Shown here in pieces: positions 24,740 to 35,700 of a stretch of DNA of 64,000 nt. Both the position numbers and the translations under genes were made by a program. Origin of the DNA: Hypanus sabinus (Eukaryota); contig NC_082722.1 of the NCBI RefSeq assembly GCF_030144855.1, positions 27,776,001-27,840,000 on the forward strand, in the 5' to 3' direction. Below the pieces are notes generated by a model. The model saw only the letters and a program-made list of their open reading frames with translations. It was not told the origin of the DNA and made no database searches. Position 1 is the stretch's first letter; every line of letters begins with the position of its first letter.

Positions 24740-27490
24740 AAGGGTATACGTGCGATCGTAGGGACAGAAATTGGGCAGAGGGGGTGGGGCGGCCCTATTG
24801 GTGAGGACTGAGATTCAGTCCTTTGCAAGGGGGCACATAGGGTCAGGAGCAGTAGAGTCTGTGTGGATAGAACTGAGGAACAGTAAGGGCAAAAGGACCC
24901 AAATGGGTGTTGTCTACAGGTCACCAAACAGTAGCATGGATATTGGGTGCAAGTTGAATCGGGAGTTAACATTGGCATGTGGCAAAGGTAATGTCGCATT
25001 TGCTATGGGGGATTTCAACATGCAGGTGAACTGGGAGTATCAGGTTGGTGCTGGACCACAGGATGGGGAGTTTGCCGAGTGCCGACGGGATGCATTCTTG
25101 GAACAGCATGTACGAGAACCAACCAGTGACAAGACTATTCTGGATTTAGTGTTATGTAATGAACAGGATTTGATAAGAGATCTTGCAGTAAAGGAGCCAT
25201 TAGGAGGTAGTAATCATAATATGATAAGTTTTTATCGGCAATTTGAGAAGGATAAGGGCAGCTCGGAGGTGTCAGCGTTGCAGTTGAACAGGGAAACTAT
25301 CGAGCCATGAGGGAGGAGCTGGCCAAAGTTGTCTGGACGGATAGCCTAGCAGAAAAGACAGTGGATCAGCAATGGCAGGTACTCTTGGGAATAATGCACA
25401 ACGTGCAAAATCAGTTCATCCCCCAGAGAAGGAAGGATTCAAAAGGGGGAAAGGGGCCACAGTGGTTGACAAAGGAAGTCAGAGGTTGCATAGTATTAAA
25501 AAAAGAAGTATGACAGAGCGAAGGTGTGTGGGAGGACAGATGATTGTGAAGTTTTTAAGGAACAACAGAACTTAACTAAAAAGACAACACGGGGAGAAAA
25601 ATGAGGTACGAATGAAAGCTAGCCAGGAATATAAAGTAAGATAGCAATAGCTTTTTTAGGTATGTGAAGAGAAAGAAAATAGTTAAGAACGATGTTGGGG
25701 CATTGAAGAATGAATTGGGTGAAATTGCTATGGGAAACAGAAATGGCAGAAGAATTTAATGAGTTCTTTAGATCTGTTTTCACTAAGGAAGACACAAGCA
25801 ATCTGCCAGATGTTTGGATGGGCCAAGGACATAGGGTAACAGAGGAAATGAAACAGATTGACATTAGGAAGGAAACGGTGATGAGAAGACTGATGGGACT
25901 GAAGGCTGACAAATTCCCAGGTCCAGATGGTCTGGATCCTAGGGTACTAAATGAGGTGGCTCTGGAAAATGCGGATGCATTGGTAATCATTTTCCAATAT
26001 TCCTTAGATTCAGGATCAGTTCTTGAGGATTGGAGAATGGCTAATGTTATCCCATTTTTTAAGAAAGGGGGGAGGGAAAAGCAGAACTATCGACCTGTCA
26101 GCCTGACATCGGTGGTGGGGAAGATGCTAGAGTCCATTATTAAGGATGAAATAGTGGCATATCTAGATAGCAGTGATAAGATTGGGCCGAGCCAGCATGG
26201 ATTTACCAAAGTTAAATGATGTTTGACTAAACTGTTGGAGTTTTTCGAGGATGTAACCAAGAAGTTAGACGGGGGAGATCCAGTGGATGTAGTATACCTC
26301 GATTTTCAGAAAGCATCTGATAAGGTCCCACATTGGAGATTGCTGGGTAAAGTCAAAGCTCAGGGCATCGGGGGGAAGACATTGACATGGATAGAAAACT
26401 GGTTGGCAGATAGAAAGCAAAGGGTAGCGGTGAAAGGGTGTTTCTCAGAATGGCAGGTGGTGACTAGTGGGGTGCCACAGGGCTCGGTATTGGGACCACA
26501 GCTGTTTACAATTTACGTCAACGATTTGGATGATGGCATTGAAAATAACATCAGCAAATTTGCTGATGATACTAAGCTGGGTGGCAGTGTGACATGTGAT
26601 GAGGATGTTCTGAGAATTCAGGGAGACTTGTATAGCCTGGGTGAGTGGGCAGATACATGGCAGATTACGATTAATGTGAATAAGTGTGAGGTTATCCACT
26701 TTGGGAGTAACAACAGGAAGACAGATTATTATCTGAACGGTGTAGAGTTAGGGAAGGGAGAAATACAAAGAGATCTAGAAGGCCTTGTTCATCAGTCACC
26801 GAAGGTGAATGAGCAAGTGCAGCTGCCAGTGAAGAAGGCTGATGAAATGTTGGCCTTTATTACAAAGGGAATTGAGTACAAGAGCAAGGAAATCCTCTTG
26901 CATTTGTACAGAGCCCTGGTGAGACCACACCTGGAGTATTGTGTACTGTTTTGGTCTCCAGGGTTAAGGAAGGACATCCTAGCTGTAGAGGAAGTGCAGT
27001 GTAGGTTCACAAGGTTAATTCCTGGGATGTCTGGACTGTCTTACGCAGAGAGGTTAGAGAGACTGGTCTTGTATACGCTGGAATTAAGGAGATTGAGTGG
27101 GGATCTGATTGCAACATATAAGATTATTAAGGGATTGGACAGGTTAGAGCCAGGAAATATGTTCCAGGTGCTGGGAGAGTCCAGTACCAGAGGGCATGGT
27201 TTGAGAATAAGGGGTAGGTCATTTAGGACAGAGTTAAGGAAAAATTTCATCTCCCAGAGAGTTTTGGGGGGTCTGGAATGCACTGCCTCGGAAGGTAGTG
27301 GAGGCCAGTTCTCTGGATGCTTTCAAGAAGGAGATAGATAGGTATCGTATGGATAGGGGAATCAATGGGATATGGGGACAAGGCAGGAACCGGGTAGTAA
27401 TAGTAGTTAATCAGCCATGATCTCAAAATGGCGGTGCAGGCTCGAAGGGCCGAATGATCTACTTCTGCACCTATTGTCTATTGTCTATTG
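24740..27490 (+). mobile_element. 5'-truncated CR1 LINE, nearly complete ORF2 with several disablements
   Basis: APE endonuclease (GVVYR, MGDFN, ILDLVL, SNHN) and RT (YRPVSLTS, GVPQGSVLGP, FADDTK, HLEYC) ORFs; (attgtct)n tail. Confidence 0.95.
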
Positions 27491-27918
27491 CTATTTTTTT
27501 TCTCTTTGCTCTCGTGTTTCCTGACCTACCGTGTGTTTTTCTTTTGCTTCAGAGTTCCAGCAGTACATTGATATTAAATTTGTTCTACCTGGATTCTGCT
27601 GACAGCATATATTAAAACTTTATCGGTTGTATACCTATCTGTCTAGAACTGGAAACGACTACTCTCCCAACTCGATTTTGTTAAACTTCATTTCAATAAT
27701 GAAAGAAACGTTCGTGATTCTAGCAGGCTGATGGAGTTGAAATACCATATGAATCATAAAGATTTTTTTTTAATTCTGACGTACATTTTGTGTAAAACGA
27801 CAGGAATCTGAAATTGATAAATTATGAATACATCACTAATTTATTTTACAATTATTCATTCGATTTGTTCAACTCAATGGATTCTTAATTAATCGCTGAG
27901 TTTGAAATATTTTCACAG

Positions 27919-28050
27919 ACTAAAATAAATGTAGCTGACAAACTGACTTATGCTGCTCTGCAGCTTCCCGATTCCAAGAGCACCTCAATATCCAAACATC
28001 AAAACCAACATACACTCTACGCAGATGCAAATACATCAAAGAATCTGTGA
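27919..28050 (+). CDS. Gene A terminal cytoplasmic exon, copy 1 (ITIM)
   Basis: Acceptor ttttcacag|; open 43 aa TKINVADKLTYAALQLPDSKSTSISKHQNQHTLYADANTSKNL*; LTYAAL fits the ITIM consensus (I/L/V/S)xYxx(L/V/I). Confidence 0.75.
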   Translation, partial: TKINVADKLTYAALQLPDSKSTSISKHQNQHTLYADANTSKNL

Positions 28051-29022
28051 AGCTGAGAATCCAACTGCAGTTTAGAGCTATAGACTGTCAATGAGTGCAA
28101 ACCTAGGCATTGCTTCTTTTCATTTTTGCTTCCAGACAAAAATTGTGATTCTACATAACATGTGTAAGTTAGGAAGATAAGGAATCAATTTCGCCAACGA
28201 TTTGTTGGAAAAAATAAAAGTATTTAACTTAGGAATAAGATTGCGAATAAGCCATTCCGTCTCTCTCTGCTACCCAGTCATAATCTCCATTGAAAAGTCC
28301 CCGATCATTCCAGGAAAGACAACGCCCCTGTGTTTGAATATAGATCAGCAAATGTAGTATGATGAAAACAATTCAGTACTCTTCTGCTTCTTATACGTTC
28401 ACGGCATGTTGCTCACAATTAGCTCCATAATGCAACTGCACTATTACATGGTAGTGACAGAAATCCCAGGACACCAAAAAGGCAAGAGAAAAGCATCGCA
28501 ACCTTTGTACCTGTCCAAGCCCACATTGAAACAGAGGAGATACGCACATGGTCCCATTAAAGCAAATCAGGTTTAGCCTAATCATAATACTTGACTGAAA
28601 AACGTGGACGTTGGAAAGTAGATTTATACATGAATCACGTGTCTAGATGTATACTCATGAAGAATATGGAGTTTTACACAGAGCTCCTCAGCGATTAATA
28701 ACTGCACCGTTTCCCAATAGAGCAAAATAAATCTGAAATATGCCAAGTATCAGCTCCACTGGTGCCCCTCCTTCTTCCATTTCTTCCAAGGTCCACTTGC
28801 TCCTCCTATCTGATTCCTTCTTGTACACTTTTCCTTTTCCACTCATCACCTCCCAGCTGCGACGCCACTTGATAAAATGTTGACATAAACTTTGTGTCAA
28901 ACGGCAGAAATCGAAAATTGATAACTTATGAGTGAATCACTAATTTGCTTCACTATTTTTTATTCAACTTGTTCAACTCAATGAATTCTCAATAAACCGC
29001 TGATTATGAAATATTTTCACAG

Positions 29023-29154
29023 ACTAAACGAAATGGAGCCGGCAACCCGACTTACGCTGCTTTACAGCTTCCTGATTCCAAGAACACCTCAGCATCCACA
29101 CATCATAAGCAACATACATGGTACGCTGATGTCAATACATCAAAAAAACTGTGA
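29023..29154 (+). CDS. Gene A terminal cytoplasmic exon, copy 2 (ITSM-like)
   Basis: Same acceptor; open 43 aa TKRNGAGNPTYAALQLPDSKNTSASTHHKQHTWYADVNTSKKL*; TWYADV fits the ITSM consensus TxYxx(V/I). Confidence 0.75.
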   Translation, partial: TKRNGAGNPTYAALQLPDSKNTSASTHHKQHTWYADVNTSKKL

Positions 29155-32100
29155 TTCTGAGGTTCCAATGCAGTTTAAAGCTGTAGACAATCAATGAGTG
29201 CAAGCCCGAGGCATTGCTTCGTTTTATTTCTTCCATCCAGACAAAGATTGTTATCGACAACACATTTCTAATTTAGGATATAAGGGATAAATTTCGTCTT
29301 CGATTTATTGGAGGCGATCATCACTGGAAACTTAAGAACAAGATTGGGAATAAACCACCGCCTCTCTCTACTGTCGGTTCATTCAAGAGGAAAATGTCTG
29401 ATATGCTCAGCCATATTCTCTCTGCAATATCATGGAACAGTCCCAGGTCATGAGATAAACCTACTCCGTCTTCAGTACCGATGCCTTCCCCCCACCCCAG
29501 AAATCCCCTCCACAGTTCTCAGAGGATGAAAAAAATATCAGAGACTTGTTACCACCAGCTAGAGAAACGTTGCTGTGTAATAAACGCCACAGTTATCTTT
29601 GCTCACTTATGTCAACGTTCAACCGCGGTAAATATAGATTTGAAGATGTGAAAAAAATCGCAATGTTCTCGGGAAAACAACTCTGGTCTGAATATTAATC
29701 AGTAAATGTCGTATGATAAAAAAAAATCAATGCTCTTGTTTCAGGTACATTTACGGTTTGCTGCTCAAAATTAGCTGTAAAATATAACTGCACTACCACA
29801 TGGTAGGAATAGAAATCCCAGGGCACCCAAAAGACAAGAGAAATCCATTGTAAGCTGTTACTGTCCCAGCCACATTGAAGCAGAGGAGGTACGCACACGG
29901 TCACATTAAACGAAATCAGGGTTAGCCTAATTATAACATTGGACTGAAAAACGTCGACGTTGGAAAGTAGGAATATAGGAATCACGTGTCTAGATGTGTA
30001 TCCTCGAAGAATATAGCGCTTTGGACAGAGCTCCTCGGTGATTAGTAACTTCCAAGTTGCCCCAATGGAACAAAATAAAATTGAATTATGCCCAGCATTT
30101 ATTTGGCAATGGTCGTAAATTGACGCATTAATTTCGGACCCGATAGATGTATGTGTGACACAAGAGGGTGAACATCCTGGTAGGATAATACATTATTGTT
30201 CCTCATCAGATCAGCGTGGTTTGTTAGATAAGTTGCGGTAGTAAGGAAGGTTTGGAATAGGTACAGGGAATATTGGCAGTGAAATAATTCCTCTGTCTGA
30301 TAATACAAACAACATCTACTCCTGAAAGAGTTTAGGCAATCCCGAGAAATTCGCGAAAATAATAGAAATGTACACCCTTGGAAACAAGTCTGGGCCGCTC
30401 AAACTGTTCTGTTTGAAATGCTGGCTGGGATAGATTTCCCTTTGAGAATCAGTCATACACTTCCTTCCCTAGGTCACTTCACATTTCAAATCCCGTCGAG
30501 TTCTCTACCTTTAAATATTGTTTTGATATTTATTATCAAGTAATGAAGCTGAATTATATCTTATTCGTAACTGACAGGATCTTTGTGCTCTTACCTTTGT
30601 TATTCATTTTTTTCATCTCCTCATTAAAACACAAACAGCCATTTGTAATTTATCTGATGAGCAAGTTAAGAAGAGTAGACTACTTGCTCAAGCAATTGTG
30701 AAGTGCTGGTGATATCTTCTAAAGTGCTTTTCAGGACGTATTTACTTTCAGCTTACAACGTCGTTTCACACATATATCACTACTTGCTTGCACTGGAGAA
30801 TGCCGTTTGCAAAAAAAAAAACTGCACTCTTTAGTACTAATAGAAAGGCACGTGAGTACTATATTTATCGGGGAAAAAATCAGTATACGAAAATAAATAC
30901 AATAATAATATAAACGATAGCGGTTTCAGTTGCTTTAAATATTTGTAAAGTACAGAGAGTTGTAAAATGATGAAAATTCCTCTGAATCAAGTGCTTTCTG
31001 TCACTGCGATGGCCTGGAGAGGGCGCCATCTTTATTTTACTACAATCGGCCGTCTGAAAAAATGTTTGACATTATTAACTGATGCTGTTCTTACAGCTTT
31101 CATTCTGTTTCCGAGTTCCAGCGGCAGAATTATTGAGGACTAATAAAAGAAAGGTACTGAGGTAGAACATTGAAATAACACACAGCCTGAAGTCCTGTTT
31201 GCAAATTATCTGGCTAAGTGTTCTACAAGGCACGCTGTCGACTTGTAACTGAAATGTGAAGTATAGAGGAGGTAGCTTCATGAATAGGCGGGGTAACTGA
31301 GAAAGACAGGAATTGCTGTTAGCAATGTAGGAAATGCTTGGGATACGCAGTGTTGGATTGGAAGGAAGTTAAAAAGGAGCTGATGAAAGAGTGGATCAGG
31401 ATTCCATAGAAGGAATTAATTCATACAAAAATGTTGAATTATTGTGTCACTATGTTGAAATTGTTGAAACAAAAACATTAGTACAGAACCAGATTGATAT
31501 TTATCCTGACTCTTGTTGACATCAGGTCGAAGTCAAAGTTTTAGGATTTGTCGACATTGTTAAACAAGTGGCTTGTTGCTGCATTGATCCTTGTGGATGC
31601 AACATGCAGATGTTGGTTTGAAACAAAATCGTCTATTCATAGGGTACACTTTTCTGCCTGATCATGGGATGATTCATTTTTTAAATCCAACATCAATGTT
31701 ACATTTGTCTCTGGACGAATACATTATGCAAGTGACCATATGGACAGGCTTTTTCACTGTGAATAATACGCGTCTGTAGTGAACATATTGTGACGTATTT
31801 TTACAGCAAGATTCAACCGCAATGTGACTCACAGTTATATGTAAGCCTCGACTCAATGGGAATACCCAGTATGTTGACAGCAGAATTACTTACGACAACT
31901 AAAATGCAGAAGATTTTAGACACAGCTCAGTACATTAGGAAATCAACCTCCCCTCTGTACTCTGCATACACCTGCCAATACTGTTCTGTCTAAGCTGCAT
32001 GACTGGGAATGCACAATAACTCCGACACATTACCTTTGATGCTACGCTGTTGAAATTCTCTTTTATATAATGTTAATATAATTGTGAAAATATGCTGATC

Positions 32101-32959
32101 TAATTTTGAAGTCTGTGTTGATATAATCGTGAAATTCCCATTAATTAATTATATGTTTGTCAATACGATCCATAAACTCGCTAAGTAATAAATATGCTAC
32201 AATCTTTACTGAAAAGCATTTTAGTGCTTCAACGTACTTACACACTCAGAGTTTCGAGTTACAACACTTCGACAAATGGTTACAATAAACTCAGAATCAA
32301 CGTGGATAGTTTTTAAATAATGAACTGCCAGCCCGTGCTTAATCCTCTTTCAGGCCAGGTGGTACAAACTTCTTGCTCAGAGCTATGGTTGGTCCACGCA
32401 GCTGGTTTCCCTCATGTCTTCTGCAATACATGTTATATGTTATACTTATGACATAGGTCCGTGCCGTTCCTAGAGATGATGCATGTCTCCATTCTCCGCA
32501 ACAGAGTCTCAACATCTTCGTCAACAGGGATCCCGAATCTTATTGTTCTAGCCACTCTCTCTACCAGTACCGCTCATGCATAGCGGCAGTTATTAGAAGG
32601 CATAGCCTTGAGATAAGAGAAGAAAAAATAACTAACGTTTGCGAGGCAGGTATATTACGTAGAGAGTGGTAGGCGAATTGACAGTGCTACAAGAAAATTG
32701 ATCGCCACAGTTAAAGGACGTACAAATATGCCCATGAACTGACAAAAAAAAGGAGTGATGTAGAACGTCACCGAATAGATAGAATTCTGTTTGAGTTATT
32801 ATTGACACAGATGTCATTGGATGAAAAATATGGATCAATTATGGATTAAGAAGCAATAACGGCTACAACTGATATTGTATAGACGCATTGAACCGCGAAG
32901 GACTGGAGCATAGGAAACGCCCTGTGTGAATTCGGATCGGCCCTAAGGCGATATGTGGA

Positions 32960-33425
32960 AGTAGTAAAGGGTTGCTTGAGAGATGTAATCTGATAGGAGA
33001 AGATATTGGGCCATTGGAGAAAGGAAAGGAGGAGCAGCAGCAAAGAGAGGTGAGGAGAAGAGAATGGACAAAACGGGACCCAGAATGAGAAATGGAAAAC
33101 GATAAATGGTGTACTGGACTAATCACTGAAAGTTAGAGAAATCAATGTACATATCAGCAGAATGGAGGCTACCGAGACGGAATATAAATCCACCTATCAA
33201 GTGTCATCTCTTTACTTCCCCCTCCCTGTAGTTATCACATTACAGATTATACGCCTTTCCCTCCCCATCTCCTTATTATGAATTCTTCGCACTTCTTTTC
33301 CAGCCGTGAAAAAGGATTTTATCCCGAAATATCGACTGTTCGTTTTTCACCATTGATGCCGCCTGCCCCACTGAGCTCCGCTGGCACGTTGTGGGCTGTC
33401 CTCGGGATTTCCGGTATCTGCAGAA
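32960..33425. mobile_element. Degenerate Penelope-like terminal fragments in opposite orientations
   Basis: Reverse-complement 3' ORF remnant (~33130-33190) and forward ccattgatgccgcctg...gatttccggtatctgcag tail. Confidence 0.5.
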
Positions 33426-33542
33426 ATTCTTGTACAGGCATCGACATAGCATTGACCATGTGACTTCATACATAATGATTACTTCTTTATTATATCCTAT
33501 GAATTTCTAACTTTCAGACAAAACTCTCATCTGCAATCGTGG

Positions 33543-33588
33543 ATGCAAACGCTTGGTGCGTGGCTCTTCTGGCCTGTGTTTTGGCAAG
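33543..33588 (+). pseudogene. Candidate leader (signal peptide) exon of gene C
   Basis: ATG frame MQTLGAWLFWPVFWQ ends phase 1 at CAAG|gtacgc; another frame reads DANAWCVALLACVLA, a more typical hydrophobic core, suggesting a decayed leader. Confidence 0.4.
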
Positions 33589-34089
33589 GTACGCTTAACT
33601 TTTTTTGTGCCCATTCTACGGAGTAAATACTTTATAATATTTCCAACCATATATTTCTTATGTCTATACTCCTATACAACGCCAAATCCTGTCCCCGCCT
33701 TTAACTACACCTCAACCATCCTAAAAACCTTTAAACAATCAAATACTTTTAACAGCGGATGAACTGAAACGCCTCATATTTAGACGAATAATTTGATTCG
33801 GGTTAGCTAATTAGAGATTGGGTGCTGGAGACAAGTTGTGTTGAGTGCAAATCACAAGCCATCTGATTCATGCGAATCGTTGTCGAGGTTAAACGATATC
33901 CGCCTGTACTTCAGCCTGATTTTTCACCACTTTTTTTTTTTACCGACGTAGCTCCTGCAGTTGCTTAAACACATTGCTGCAAATATTTATAAGTAATTAT
34001 TAAATATCGTTCACAATGGCAAACTCTCGAAAAGATTTGGGGAACGGGGAACCTTGAAACAGTTGAGTAAATTCACAGAGGAATATATG

Positions 34090-35700
34090 ATCATAGAACC
34101 ATTGAAATTTACAGCACAGAAACAGGCCTTTTGGCCCTTCTTAGCTGTGCCGAAGCATGTTTCTGCCTAGTCCCACTGACCTGCACGTGGCCCATATCCC
34201 ATACATCTCTCATCCATGTACCTGTCCAAATTTTTCATAAGTGTTAGAAATGAGCCCGCATTTACCACTTCATCTGTCAGCTCATTCCACACTCCCACCA
34301 CTCTCTGTGTGAAGAAGTCCCCCCCACCCATGTCCCCTTTAAACTTTTCCCCTTTCACCCTTAACCCATGTCCTCTGATACTTTTTCTCCCCTAGCCTCG
34401 GTGGAAACAGCCTGCTTACATTCACTCTATATATACCCATCATAATTTTATATACCTCTATCAAGTCTTTCCTCATTCTTCCACGCTCCAGGGAGTAAAA
34501 TCCTGATCTATTCAACCTTTCTATATAGCTCGGTTTCAACAGTCCCGACAACCTTGTAAACCATGTAAACCTTCTCTGCACTCCTTCAAACTTATTAATA
34601 AATATCCTTCCTGTAATTCGGTGACCAAAAATGCACACAATGCTCCAATTTCGGCCTCACCAATGCATCATACAACCTCACCATAACATTCCAACTCTTA
34701 TACTCAATACTTTGATTCATAAAGGACAATGTACCAACAGCTCTCTTTACTACCCTGTCTACCTGTGACGCCACTTTTAGGGAATTCTGTATCTGTATTC
34801 TTAGATCCCTCTCTTCTACTGCACTCCTCAGTGCCCTACGATTTACCTTGTATGTTCTACCTTGATTTTTGCTTCCAAAGTGCAATACCTCACACTTGTC
34901 TGTATTAAACTCCAACTGCTCCATTTCTCAGCCCATTTTCCAGGTGGTTCAGATCCCGCTGCAAGCATTGAAAACCTTCCTCACTGTCCACTACACCTCC
35001 AATCTTAGTATCATCAGCAAATTTGCTGATCCAATTTACCATATTATCATCCAGATCATTGGTATAGATGACAAATAACAATGGACCCAGCACTGATCCC
35101 TCTGGCACATTACTAGTCACAGGCCTCCACTCAGAGAAGCAATCCTCCACTACTACTCTCTGACTTCTCCCATTGAGCCAATGTCTAATCCAATTTAATA
35201 CCTCACCAAGTATACCTAGCGACTGAGGCTTTCTAACTAACCTCCCATACGGAACCTTGTCAACGGCGTTACTGAAGTCCATGTACTTTCCTTGTAACCT
35301 CCTCGAAAAACTCTAGTAGATTTGTTAAACATAACCTACCACGCACAAAGCCGTGTTGACTCTCCCTAATAAGTTCCTGTCTACCTAAATACTTATAGAT
35401 CCAATCTCTTAATACTCCTTCCAATAATTTACCTACTACCGACGTCAAACTTACCGGCCTATAATTTCCTGGATTACTTTTAGAGCCTTTTTTAAACAAC
35501 GGAAAAACATGAGCTAGCCTCCAATCTTCTGGCATCTCACAGGTGGATACCAACATTTTAAATTTATCTGCCAGGGCCCCTGAAATATCAACACTAGTCT
35601 ACTTCAAGGTCCGAGGGAATACCCTGTCGTGTCCTGGGGATTTATCCACTCTGATTTGCTTCAAGATAGCAAGCACCTGCTTCTCTTCAATCTGTATATA
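34090..35700 (-). mobile_element. 5'-truncated CR1 LINE, antisense
   Basis: RT ORFs 35269-35556, 34905-35282, 34595-34924 and 34339-34638 with YRPVSLTS, FADDTK and LEHC; 3' tail near 34090. Confidence 0.9.

Larger units (their letters stand above)
27790..30100 (+). repeat. Diverged ~1.1-kb tandem duplication (intron end, tail exon, 3' region)
   Basis: ~27790-28760 aligns with ~28900-30100 (e.g. aatcacgtgtctagatgt and cagagctcctc in both); the second unit has extra sequence at ~29400-29700. Confidence 0.8.

Noticed and set aside
34038-34067. J-like WGTGNLETVE motif before gene C
   Set aside because: No upstream YxC or other V-domain features in any frame; probably chance.
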